From positions 615,722 through 679,721 of the forward strand of contig OZ287703.1 of the NCBI GenBank assembly GCA_965649825.1: a DNA stretch of 64,000 bases, given 5' to 3'. The stretch is from Penicillus capitatus. Taxonomy: Eukaryota; Plantae; Chlorophyta. Each line of letters starts with the position of its first letter. The first letter of the stretch is position 1. This document shows, piece by piece, positions 50,273 through 62,504 of the stretch. The notes under the pieces are model-generated. The model did not search any database. It worked only from the letters and a program-made list of their open reading frames with translations, and was not told the DNA's origin. The translations under genes and the position numbers were made by a program.

Positions 50273-52405
50273 ATGGTACGCGTGTTGAAGGGCACACCGT
50301 CGACGCCATCTTTTTGGCGTGTCTCGAGAGAGACATCGAGGCTTCGTCCGGCGATTCGGGAGACGCGACGACGGTCAACTCCGACGGAGAAGTCTCCAGA
50401 CTATCGTCTCTCGATCGAGACGGACATTCAGAGCATTCGCGAAATCGATTTGGAGCTCCTCGATGATATTCACTCCAGCAAAGACTCAGACGACGGCGAT
50501 GAGGACTTTGAGGAAGATGACGAGACAACGGGTCCAAAAAAGCGTGGTCGGAAGAAAGGCATACCGCTGGACGAAGCGAACCGCCTGGCAATACAGGTGC
50601 ACACAAGTGTGGGAGTGAGAAAAGTGAGATCGAGTGTAGGCAGCTATGAAAGGGAAGAACAAATACAAGCGCACCTCTTTGCATCGCTCTCGCGTGGGAC
50701 GATCGTTGAAGAGAATATGGAAAGAGAGAAAGGCAACGGGATGGAAGGCAAAGCCCAAACGATGTTCCATCTGTGGGGAGATGGGGCACAACAGACTCTC
50801 TTGTCCAAAGTCTGACTCATGTTTACAGGAGAAGTGTGACGCAAAGAGTGATATCTGTCTATCGTAGACTGCCGGAATCTCAAAAGAAAAAACGGAGGCC
50901 GGTATCTTTTGAACATCGCTGGAGAATCGCCGAGAGCTGGAGGAGAAGGACCAATAAAGAACGAATAGCCACAGGCGAATATGTGTCCAGGTACAGGAGA
51001 AATGTGTTTCGAGTGTCGAAAGAGTGAGAAATGTGTAAAAATGAGAGGGAGAAGAAAGTCGTGCGCATCTATCGATGCAGTATATGTGGAGAAGCAGGGC
51101 ATGGCAAAAGAACATGTCCACGCCTTCCAGGCAATGCTGCCAAACAGAAAAAGACGATGACACTTGCACAGGCGCTGTCAGAGGATGGCACATTCAGTGA
51201 CGAATGGACCAATTCTCTCAGAGCACAAGCCATGATGGAAACAATTCGGCAAGTGAAGATCAGTGAGGTCGAAGATCTGCAGAGTCTGTACACCGTTCCA
51301 CTCAAGGTTGATGTGACTGGATGTCGATTGGTGATGTGACAGATGCGCTTGTAGGCAGAGAGTATGTGGAAAACGGCACTCGAATGCTCCGTCCGAGCCT
51401 ACAAAAGCGGTGTACATCGCCAGTGCATGGAATTTACGTTTCCAACGCTCCGTGATGGCGTAACCGTCGATCCAGTGATGTCACCAACAGGTTATCCAAC
51501 CTCGTGCATTTTTCTCTTACGGATGGAGAGAAACAGGAGATCTGATTCGACAATTCCGTGTGGCCTCTCTCATCGTGGAAGCCGTTTTGAAGGGGATGAA
51601 AACCGAGTCCGGATTGGAGGGGCATTTGGATGTCGACGTCTTGGACGAGAACGAAGGCACAGGTCTGTACTGAACGATTCCAGCGTGTTCATCCTGCCGA
51701 ACCTTGTTCGTAGTTTATTGGGAGGGCGAAGAGATATGTGCCTTGCTGTTTCCTCAGCCACAGACATTGGATGTCATGATCTCCCGTGCCGTCATGCAAC
51801 GCGATGAGGCACCTCGAGTTCAGCTGCTGGTCAATCCCCAATGGCAGCCCGGTCAGATTGTCTCAGATTTCGGTTTTGGCCAATTGAAGACGCTGCGAGA
51901 GAACTACGCCGCTTCATTTGATGATGTCTTCTACATGAAGCAGATTTCTATCTTTGGCGACACCGTCATCGTCCTGCGTTGCTATCCAAGTCAATGGCAG
52001 GTCCATCTCGTCAAGTCCAACGAAGACATCGTCCTGATCGGCACGACAAAGAAGAAACCCGATTACGATGAGATCTTGGCCGTGCTGCGTAACTCAAAGG
52101 ACTCCCTCTCTCGGCTCAGTTGGATCGACCGTTTTAAACGAAAGTACATGGAGGGGAAGCAACGTACGAGTCCCTCATTCTCCCTCACTGTTAGCAAGAC
52201 AGAGTTGGAAGAGTGCTTCGACAATGTGGATTTGTCCGTGTCCGCGAGACTGAGTGCATTGAATGGTGGTGAAGAAGAAGAGTCCGTGGGTCAGCGTTAT
52301 AAAGATTTGGCATCAGATTTCGATATCATCACGGGAGAGGCCAAGCGAGACATCAACGAGGCTCCCGTCGAACAAGGCGCTTCTTTGTTAGAGGTTGAGG
52401 AATGA
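50273..52405 (+). CDS. Putative plastid protein: basic region with two CCHC zinc knuckles fused to a DUF1995 (LPA3-like) domain
   Basis: CSICGEMGHNRLSC and CSICGEAGHGKRTC; exons join in frame to AYKSGVHRQCMEFTFP...ALLFPQ...LLVNPQW...LRCYPSQWQV; TGTAA at 52425. Confidence 0.7.
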
Positions 52406-52476
52406 GCAACGTTGTTCTTGTTTGTGTAATCTCCGCTCTCATTTTTTGTGGTGCTCGGTCAGTTGGCATAATGATG

Positions 52477-52548
52477 TGACCCAGACGTGAATCGAACACG
52501 CAACCTTCTGATCTGGAGTCAGACGCTCTACCATTGAGCCACTAGGCC
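52477..52548 (-). tRNA. tRNA-Trp (CCA), intronless
   Basis: GGCCTAG-TG-GCTC-AATGGTA-GAGC-G-TCTGA-CTCCAGA-TCAGA-AGGTT-GCGTG-TTCGATT-CACGT-CTGGGTC-A folds to a full cloverleaf. Confidence 0.95.
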
Positions 52549-52985
52549 ATGTCTACACCATCAGTGCGTGCGACGATTGACATCATCAGTTCACAGAGAC
52601 CACGGTTGAGTCAGGCACGTACTTCCGTCTCTTGGGAGGTTGTAGTTTAGGCACGCGCATTCGCATTTTGCACGGTATTCGCCAAGACACTTGCCCGACG
52701 CTGTTGCTTCCAGGTGAGCGGCGCGTGAATGCTACGAACCGTGGCGAAATGCCGACGGTGCCAAGGCATGGAGAGCGAGCGGCGTCTGTGGTTCGATTGT
52801 CTATCTTTAGGCGCGTCGTTTCCACGCCGGTTGTTCCTCAACCGACCTCCACTCCTGACGCGAATTTCTCAGCGATGCACGCCATCGAGATATCTCGGCT
52901 TCTCAACAACTTCTTTTCTCAGGAACTTGGCGCAAACGTCCTGTGAGGCGACGGATTTAATAAACATCCGTTGTGTTTTGAGACG

Positions 52986-55280
52986 ATGTCGATGCAAGAA
53001 AAGAAGGAAGATTACGGCCAGTCGAGCAAATCAGATCGTAGATACCCAGCCGCCTTTTTCAACATAATTTGATAGCTGACTGTTTCAGGTCCAGATGAGC
53101 ATGAGACGCCTCCCCCAGAGAATCGACCTGGAGGCGGTGCCGAAACGTCCACAGGACGATCGGAGACACGGTCAAGGAAAGATCTCAGTGGGGAAGTGGC
53201 TCGTCTTAACAGGGTCGTTGCCGAATTACACGAGACTCTACAGCGATCCCACGATGAATGCAACAAAAAAGAAGATTGGGCCCGTCGACTTGAAGCTATG
53301 CTCCACGAGGAACGCAATCACCAACAGGAAAATGTAGCCCAATACACAGCAGTGCTCGAAGACAAAGAATCCAACATCAGAGAGCTGCGCAGATGTCTCG
53401 AGGCACAGCACATCCAGATGTCTCAGGCACTCGAAGACCACAGTCGAGCCGGACAGAACCTAGCGCAGATTCTAGAGCGAGAGCGTCGAGACTGGATGAT
53501 CGAAAAAGAGATGTTGCAGTCTCAGCTCCATGGGACGCAACAGCTGATCCACGAGCTCGAAAACGTCTCCTCTTTGTGATGTTGTTTCGGATGACAGCGC
53601 GGATGTGTGCTTAGAATGCGCAGCAGGATATGGAGGAGGCGAATAATCGAGCTCGTTCCTTAGAGGTTCAGTTAGAAGAAATCAAAGTGTCGAACACGGA
53701 GTTGCGTGATGCAAACGAGGAGCTTCAGAATTTAAAGCTCAGTAAGGCCACGCGTCGTAGCAGCTCCTCTGAGAAGGAACTTGAAGATAACATAAAAGAG
53801 ATCTCAGAACTGAATTCGAGGCTGACCAAGTTCAATGATCGGATGGAGGAAGAGTATCAAAAGATGGAGCACAAGATGTCTAAGCAGAGAAATCAACTGG
53901 CCGAGGTCATCGACGAACGCGACAAGCTTGTGGCCCAACTTCACGCCTTCAAAGAAAAGGAGATGCAACGCAGATCCGTACGCAGCGCCAGTATGTCGTC
54001 TGCGGTAAGCGCCTTCTTTTCTGTGGATGTGTGCGCGATGCTGTGCGTCAAGGGTGGAGATGTGTTGGTCCCTGAGAGAAAGACCATCGTCGATGCACAG
54101 ATCGAGGAATTGAGATTTGAGCTGGAAGAGGAGCGTGCTATCTCTCAGGCAACGCAAGAGAATCTAGAAGAGCAACTGCGAGTCAACCGACAACTCGAAG
54201 TGGAAATTGACCAACTCAAACTTGCAACCCCTCAGGTGCCTCCTTCCTACGCCGACGGTCATTGTTGTGAGACATGTGCTGGTGATGTGACATCAGACAT
54301 TTTCTCGTTTTGGACGGTCCGCCAGTCAACTCCAATCAGGACTATTACTAGACCGACTTCATCGCGCCGTCATGCAAGTGCAGGACACCATCAGTGCCGC
54401 CCAATCTCAGATAGCCGGCATTCTTGCAAAGAAAAGCTCGTCTCAAGTGCAACCAAATTGCATATGGATGTGTGAGAATGTGTGACGATGTACTGTGCTG
54501 TGGTGTGCCCTTAGATGACCTATCATGCATCTTCGTTAAACATCTCCATAGAAGAGGCCCGGTATCAGTTAGAGAACCTTAGATCAATGATAGAATCTTC
54601 GATGGATAGTACTGGAAGAAACTCGCCAGAATCATCATCACGTCGACGCCGTTCTTCTGTAGACAAAAGACAAAGGTCCGCCGCCACGGATGCCGGCATT
54701 GTGGTTGTAGATAGAGATGGATGGATGTGTGCTGTGTAGAGTGTTAAGTGTGGGAAGCTGGTCACTGAGAAAGACTTTTACCTCGAGGCAAAAACAGAAC
54801 AAGCAAGCGAAGCCTCAAGACGAACTGGAAGAGAGTCTGAAGAAAAATGCGACCCTGACGCAAGATAAATTTGTGTTGGAGCAATGTGTTCGATATTTGA
54901 GCTCTCGATGTCAAATGTACCAGACTGTATGGAAGGCAAGAGAAGGAACGAAGAAACAACACCGAAGGGTAACATCCCTCTCAAGCAGATATGAAGGCGC
55001 CAGTACCTCAGGGACATCTGGCGAAATTCAATACGCTGAACGAGATGAAGCTCAACGTGAGCAGCAACCGCAACCGCAACCGCAAGAGATGACATCTATG
55101 GAGTCCGCATCGAGTCCAGGAGATGACAGTCCACGATTATCAAGATCACTGGAATTGCAGATTATTAACAAGATTGCTCAGATCTGTGAACCGTTTGTCA
55201 CACAATTCTCTGAAAGCAGCAGCGCCAGAATGCTCTCAAGACAGAGATCTTCGCGAGAGGTCTCAAACTTCGCTTCGTAG
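52986..55280 (+). CDS. Long coiled-coil protein, uncharacterised
   Basis: E/K/Q/R/L-rich heptad exons (53196-53579, 53630-54240, 54780-55280) linked by short introns. Confidence 0.7.
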
Positions 55281-56217
55281 TCAAAAAAAAATTCTGAGAT
55301 GATGATGATGACCTCATTGGCATGCTCCACTGCAATAAACAAGGCATATGGCCACACGTGCGGCACTTCTTTCTCTGAAGAGACCCCCAGACGCGAGGAA
55401 TGTCATCCAATAATCCTCTGTCCCCCTCGAGCAGCTTTGCAGCGTTGCCCTTCCAGTCATTTTGCCACGGTTGTTACTGCTGTTGTCCTCCTTGCCCTCT
55501 CTATTTTGTTGTTTCTTTATATACAGAACCTTACAAACCATAGTTGTTCCTTTGTACTTATGTGACATTTGATCCTGCTATTACTACTACTACTGACATG
55601 AACTCTTTCTTGTCGACGTCTCGTTGTTTTATATATGGATAGTGTCGATGGTTTTACGTTTGCTTGGAAGAGTGAGATTGCATCACTCTTAATCAAGTCA
55701 GGGAGCAAAGGGCTCCTAGGCAGCAACAGAAGAAGAAGGCTGCATTCTTCATTTAATTGTGTACGTTCTCTCTGCTGATATGCACACTGTGTGAACGGGA
55801 ATGAGACAACACATCACTCACTTTGTGAAAGAGGTCTGCTCAGGTGCTGTGTCTCATTTTTGGGCAGGAAGAGTCATTACGTTATTCGCGGGCTGTCTGT
55901 TTTTGGTTCCTGCACTTGTCTATGATGTACATCTCTGAACGAGATGAATACCACAAGGCTTAAAAAGCAGCATAAGTAAACACGCCCTTTCTGTTTTGTG
56001 CCTCCATGATCATTTCTTTCGTGAAAGAGATTTAATTTGCAAGGGATGATAAGTTGCGAGACGCGCCAAGAAGGAAGGCCGTACCAATCAATAAAGATGC
56101 CTCTGGACGGCACAGCACAGAAACGCACAAGTGTCTCTCCCTGAAGAGACACATACGTATCTATCTGATCATCAAACACCGATATGTAATACTCCAAGTT
56201 CCTCGACACACCGATCT

Positions 56218-57744
56218 TCATGTGGCAGGAACTGCCAGTGAGCCATCACCATCTTTCATGCTGCTGCTGCCGTTGCTGCCTCCAAACAAAGACGCCGTTT
56301 CTGGAAGGGAATCGTCCTCTTCTGCAGACTTGTTTTTTCGACTGAGGTGCACATCGAATCGAGTGAGAAACGGAGCTTCGTGAGCATCCGTTTGAATTCT
56401 GAAGATTCCTTTTGCGTCGTCTCTTTGAAAGTAATGATCAATTAGATCATCGTAGAGCACATCCAGATCTGTCGCGCTGTCAGGGGATCTCGATTGGACG
56501 GAAGAGTGTTGCTGCACGTGTCGTTTCGGGTGTTGCTTGAAACTGATCACCACGCCAAACAACGAATGAAAGAGTGACTGCCACTGCTGCTGTCTTTTAT
56601 CCTCAGGGCACGTCAAAAACTGCGAGATCTGTATCAGATGCCGCTCCAGTGTCAGACAAGCCATCTGCAGTGCAGGCGCTGTCACAGGCTTGGCACAGTT
56701 GGCAGTCAGATCAAAAGGATCACGCACAAACACACCACTCTTCCTGCCACCTTTTGCTGGAACATGCTGCACAATCCCCTTGCGACAACACACAGCGATC
56801 CGGGGTGCCTGGCCATCGTACAATGCCTCCCTACTGCAGTACAGGGAGAGAAATGTAAAGCACGACAATGCCAGTTCCAGTAAAGATGCTTCTTCGTTCT
56901 TCTCCTTCTTCTCTTCCTTTAGTCGATCTCTCACTTTTGAGCAGTACTTGTCCACATCAGAGTCGTGCGCCCCATCGAGAATGGTATCGAGCGACGGTAG
57001 CAGACCCTGTTGACGACAGACGGTCAAAACGATGATGGTGAGAGGGTAGGATCCAAAAGATCCTTTCGAAGCGTCGTTCAGTTCATGCACTTTCGACCAT
57101 TTCTTCATCAACAGCACCAGATTCCTCACCATCGGCCGTTGACGGATCACTTCGCCCAAAACGCGACTCCTCAAAATGCCAGCCTCGTTACCCACACTGA
57201 AATCGCATTGAAACCCATACATCCGATCCGTACACCTGAGGATGGGAATCTTCGCTCGGCTCAGCACAAAGGCAGGCGACGTCAGACGCAATCGATTTCG
57301 GAACTGAAGGAACTTGAGGATATCGTAAAGCAAACAGGAACGCAGTTCCTTTTTCTTGATCTTATTGAGCGCCATTTTCTTGCTGTTATGGTGATTTTGA
57401 TAGTGGCCACTGACTGAGATATCCACATCGCCATGTCGCAGACTCGTGCCCATCACCGTTGATCCGTAGGGCGTCAGAGTGAGATCGGACACACGTTGCA
57501 GATACATCAACGGTTTGGTTGCTGGATGTTTTGAAGTGTTCAGGAGTTCCTTCTGCAAGGCGAACACGAAGTTTTCTCTGGCGGCATGATTCTCTGGTGT
57601 CTCGCCCAGAGTGCCGGTCAGTCTGATCAGGGTCTTCGAGTAAAGACGCAGCTCCTTTGGATCAAACGACTGGAGCCGTGCTTTGACGATTTGGACGGCG
57701 CGCTGGAGGAGTTTTTGTAAAAAATGGGCTTCGACGATCGTCAT
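56218..57744 (-). CDS. Cid1/TUTase-like non-canonical nucleotidyltransferase (intronless)
   Basis: YGSTVMGTSLRHGDVDISV (GS...DxD), AKIPILR, CDFSVGN, LMKKWSKVHELNDASKGSFGSY, VRDPFDLTANCA. Confidence 0.9.
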   Translation of the reverse strand: MTIVEAHFLQKLLQRAVQIVKARLQSFDPKELRLYSKTLIRLTGTLGETPENHAARENFVFALQKELLNTSKHPATKPLMYLQRVSDLTLTPYGSTVMGTSLRHGDVDISVSGHYQNHHNSKKMALNKIKKKELRSCLLYDILKFLQFRNRLRLTSPAFVLSRAKIPILRCTDRMYGFQCDFSVGNEAGILRSRVLGEVIRQRPMVRNLVLLMKKWSKVHELNDASKGSFGSYPLTIIVLTVCRQQGLLPSLDTILDGAHDSDVDKYCSKVRDRLKEEKKEKNEEASLLELALSCFTFLSLYCSREALYDGQAPRIAVCCRKGIVQHVPAKGGRKSGVFVRDPFDLTANCAKPVTAPALQMACLTLERHLIQISQFLTCPEDKRQQQWQSLFHSLFGVVISFKQHPKRHVQQHSSVQSRSPDSATDLDVLYDDLIDHYFQRDDAKGIFRIQTDAHEAPFLTRFDVHLSRKNKSAEEDDSLPETASLFGGSNGSSSMKDGDGSLAVPAT

Positions 57745-57787
57745 GCGACAGAGAGGGCAGACGGTGCGCGCACCGGCAATATCGAGG

Positions 57788-58984
57788 ATGTTCTTCGATT
57801 TGAACCAGCCGTGGACGGCCGATGCGACGGAGGCGAAGGATCGCCTGGTGACGTCGATGCGACTCGGATACGGATGTCTAGCGCTGAATCATGTCGTGCA
57901 TAACAAACAGCAACTGCTCTCGGCGTTTCGTTGCTTCCTTTGATCTGGCGCGATCCGAATGATCGCATGGCTTAGGGATCCCAATGATCTGTTTGATCTG
58001 GATTCGATGATCCAGATCTCCATGCCGGACAGAGAACGACAGGCACGGTTGGTGGGCGGTTCGGATGGGATAGAGCAACTGAGGCGCCTGACCTTCTCAA
58101 CAGAGAATGCAGATGAAGTGCCCCTGCCACGAAACAAAGATGCAGAAGGGATCTGTACATAACTCCAGGCACAAATTCTGCTGCACACGTCCAAAAACAA
58201 AAGACTTCAGCGATGGGACATCGTCTCCTGTGCTCCCCGCTCAACCGAAGCGCTCAAATTGGTTCGTCGCGATCTTACGGTTGTCCAAAACCGATGAGAT
58301 GATAAGACAGGCATGTGAAGCTATGGAGATCGATATGATTACGCTCGATCCTCTGCTGCCATGTATTCTTGCTGCAAAACAGTCTCTTCTGAAGACAGCT
58401 GTGAAACGAGGCCTCCACATTGAAGTGATGCCGAGCTTTGTGTCCTGCACCAGGCAGTTCGGAAGTGCCTTCTAGATCTGCTGCTATCCTGGTTTGTTTC
58501 AGGGATCCGCAGAGCGACAAGCCTTCTGTCATTTTATGAAGAACTATTCGGCGATTACGCGTGCCAAGGTAAGCGCACGCTGCCTCCATCAATTAACCAT
58601 CCAGTGCGATGGCAGTGTACGCTGCTGAGCAGCGGAGCCTGTGAGGCGAAGTTTTTGCGATCGCCTTATGACCTGATCAACATGGCGATGTTTATGGGAT
58701 GGAAGAAGACGCAAGCACAGGTATCGATCCTGCACCATAGCACGCTTCACCATGCACTTCATTCCGCACAACAGAATGCCGTTTCCGCAGCAGGACAGGC
58801 AGTCGTTCACCATGCCTCCGAAAGAAGACAGCGAAACAGCAACACACCTTTCAAGGTCACCTGCATTGCGTCATGCATTTCTGTGACATTTGGATAGATG
58901 CGACAGTCCCTGTCGCCAACGGGCGTTGATGAACCGAAGGCTAAACGTCCAAGATTGGGCAGACGCGATCAACACTCAGGCTGA
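57788..58984 (+). CDS. RPP30: RNase P/MRP subunit p30
   Basis: MFFDLN...LGYGCLALNH, QLRRLT, WDIVSCAP, EIDMITLD, AVKRGLHIE, LRSPYDLINMAMFMG. Confidence 0.85.
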
Positions 58985-59143
58985 CACATGTTCAATTGCA
59001 AAAAGCGATTGTGTTTTGACCATCGATCACAGATGTAGACGTCTCAGGAGGGATAGACATCTATGAGCAGAGAGGGAGAATGCTCGTAGGCGCATCGAAT
59101 CCGATGGATAGCTCCCTCTGCATCTCATAGATTCGTTGCCCCC

Positions 59144-61390
59144 TCATCCAGGACGACGCGGACTGTACCTGACGATCGGCAACGGCACTTTGAATCGCTT
59201 GAATTTGTCAGAGGGTGGTTCAGGGGCATCCTTCTCGATACGCAGGAGGCGTGGAGACAAAGAGGTGGGTTTCGGCCTGTGCTTCATTCTTTCAAAGACG
59301 TATGCCTCTCCAAAACTGAAAAGCGCATTGTCTTGGACAGTGAATTCGGTGACGGGCACATTCTTCACGGCCTTCTCGATGCGATCGACAGGGAAGGGCT
59401 CATAGGGATGCTTCTCAATCATATGGAGCTCACGTGCTGCATGACTCTCACTAGAGAGAAATACATTCTTCTGGAATGGGGAGGCGGGAGGGAGTGGCCT
59501 ACCGGATCTGCTCACGAAGTTGTTCACGTTTTTCTTCTAAGGCTTCTATCTTCTTCTGCATTTTTGCCTGCCGGTTTTCATCCATCGGCAGCATTTTCTC
59601 TCTCAGCTCAGCTGTCTGCGCTGCATTCTCAGCCATATCTTTTTGTAAGGTCGACATTTCCCGTGAGAACTCAGCGCATTCTTCGCATACTTTGAAGAGA
59701 TCTCCGATTGGAGAATCCGGTTCCATGAGATGCCGTAGAGGCTTTGGAACGTAACGCTGTGCGTGATAGGGCAGCAAAGCTAACGCACATTCTGACGGCC
59801 GCAGAGGTAGGCGCTTACTCTGCGATGACATCATTGTCCTGCAACCAAACATCCACCATAGGCCTCGAAGCACCAACACTGTCTTCTTACATCGGCGCCG
59901 TCGCTTTCTGCCTCTCCAGAATTGCGTCGCAGAGCTCCTGGGCAGAAGGGCCTAGTCCATCGTACACATACCTATCCAGCATCTCTCATGTCCAAGTGGA
60001 CAACGATCTGTTATATCGGAGCTACCGGTAGTCTGGGCAGGTGCCTTTAGAGTACATATCGAGTATCCATATCAATCCATCAAGGTAGAGATGTGCATCG
60101 GGTGCACGTTTGTTTTCCGCAATGCGTCGATGGATCGGTTTGATTCCGGAGTGCTTAAGAAGCTCATACAGGAATTCATAATCTAGCCGAATCCAGCCGT
60201 TCTGTCGCCGGGCCAACGTCCTCGTATTGTATGCCTTTTTGTTCTTGAGCTGCAGATAGACCTTCCACAATCCAGCATCATCTGCCACATGCCAATCTTG
60301 CAGAGCAGAGAGAAAGTGACAGTGATGGTACGTCTAACGCCATTGAAGCCTTCATCGACACGATCCAGTGAGGTGCCCCCTACGCTTGGCAGGTAGTCAT
60401 TCCCGCGACTCAGAATGCATGTAATAGCCAAGTCCTGTCAACAGAAAGAGATTTCCATCTATCGTTGTGCTTTGAACGGAGAGAGATACACGGCGAATGG
60501 CCCTTAGGTAAGCCTTCTCTTCATGCGATGGTACTTTGTACGAAGTCACCAAATTTAGAAGCGGTTTCTTCAGTTTCTCGACCGAAAAGACTTTCAGTTG
60601 GCCCAGAGACTGCGGCAGATCTTGATAACTGTCCAGAATCTGACCTGCACAGCATATCTCACTCTTTATAGCATCACCATAAGCATAACACGCACCCAGG
60701 ACGTAAACCCTGTTGCAATCTGCAATGAGTGACATCATGAGAAGATCGGAATCGTTGCCGATCAAGGCATGGGAATCGGTGGGCAAGACATGATCGAGTG
60801 GCTGCTGCATACGGGCCAAGATTTTGCACTCCCCTTCACCCTAAACAGGTCCCTCCAAACTTTGTCTATCGTCTCGTGTCGCCTCACCTGCACCGTCGAA
60901 CCCGAGAGTTCCATTCTCAGATTCTTCCACTTCACTCCGACAAGTCGCTGACAGATGTAATAGGCCATGGCTTCATGTAGCTCTTGCATGAAAGGTGTCC
61001 CAGGTGTCAGAGCCAAAGGCGATACCGTCTTGCCCTTCTCGTCAGAAGAGGTCAAGGTCACACGTTTGCGACGGATACGCTGTGTCAGAAGCTTTGCCAC
61101 GGGTGCAGGGCCATCCAGTGCAAACATAACGGACTTTGTTGGACGGCAGGTGTTCAGAAAGAAATCACATTTGCGAAAGAGCATAGGATAGAACTGATTC
61201 ATATTTCGCGCTGCAGGACATGCCGCCGTTCTGTGTTTCCTGTTGTAGGGCGGGGCCTACCTCGACGCAGGACGAGGTGCAGCACGCTGTTCATATCGAC
61301 GTAGAGGTGATCGATCTTGACCTGTCCCAAATTGACATACGCCTCGGAAAAGGATTTCTTAAACCACGAGTTGAGTCCGGGAATCCCCAT
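59144..61390 (-). CDS. XRN-family 5'-3' exoribonuclease, short form (3' end approximate)
   Basis: MGIPGLNSWF, HLYVDMNSVLH, FALDGPAPVAK, LTPGTPFM, GEGECKI, GNDSDL, GNDYLP, YLDGLIWILDMY. Confidence 0.9.
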
Positions 61391-61476
61391 GATGCCAAAA
61401 GGACGCCACAGCCAGGTTAACGCAGAATGTAGCGAGACGCGTCGATCGAAATGATCATCACTCGATTGCGAAGCAC

Positions 61477-62504
61477 TTATTTAAAAGCACTGATTTTGCA
61501 AACGCATTCCATAGGGTCCTGGAAATGGGTGGCGTATGGCAGAGATGACGAGGGAAGGGAGCTTACCACGTTGAGGTAGGTACAGCCTTCGGGGAGAACG
61601 AGATCTTTGGCGAAAAGCTTTTCATTAAAATCCAGATTGGACACATCGGCGATCAGCGCTCCTGGCACGTGATCTCCTCGGCACTTGATACGCAAGGTGT
61701 ATCGGATCTGCAAAGGAAATCCATTTTTCTTCACCCCGGGACAATTGTCTTCGCCCACAATCTGCCGAAGACGATCTCAGAAACGGAAGCTATTGCGAAG
61801 CTCGTCGCACAGAAATGGGCACAGAGATGCGAACAATGTCGTCTGGCTTCAGAATGCGAAAAGTGGCGTTGTTTGGTTTGAAATCATTATTACTGAGCCG
61901 CAGCTGCCGGGGCTAACAGTCCATACACACGATGTCTGAGAATGCAATGGATGGACGGAGTACCAGAACACGATAGGATTTTTCTTCCTCTCCATAATTA
62001 ATTTTCATATGCAGCACGTGGGACAGAAAAGCATCGTTCCCTCCCACTGTTTTAATCTAGAGACCGTCTCGTTGGCATGAGAGACTGGAAAATGGAGGAC
62101 AATGCGACGAAAGTGTGTGGTGTCAACGGACAGGATTTCCTGCCGCAAGCGTCCTTTATCCGTAAAGATGCCATTGAGCAAAGCAGGAGTCTTGCCCAAC
62201 TGCAAACAACCCAACGATATGTACCGCATCGTATCTGAATCCATCCATCACTTCGCGCAGTCGATCGTTCTTCCGGCGTCTGCCGCTGTATCTGGGATCG
62301 CGAGGCTCTGCCAAGATGACGGGGAGATCTGCAGGCAGCGCCGCCACTAAGTCTCTCTGCCGTAAAACGTGCCACACAGAGAGAACCCGATTCGATGGCG
62401 TATGTCGACGATGGGTTTGTGCTCTCCGTCTCAGTCACAGTGGCCAGACTGCGAAAACACTGAACCTTCTGAAGCACTCGCCGTGTGCATCGATGCAGTG
62501 CCAT
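61477..62504 (-). CDS. Organellar (probably mitochondrial) ribosomal protein bL25/CTC-like
   Basis: Presequence MALHRCTRRVL; ILAEPRDPR; PRQLRL...NATFR...VRISVPIS IVGEDNCPGVKKNG...DHVPGALIADVSNLD. Confidence 0.8.

Noticed and set aside
52632-52946. ORF just upstream of the coiled-coil gene as a possible first cistron
   Set aside because: No recognisable protein, contains an internal ATG, and is compatible with promoter/5' UTR sequence
57941-57943. In-frame TGA in RPP30
   Set aside because: It lies inside a gtttcg...cttag intron that restores the frame
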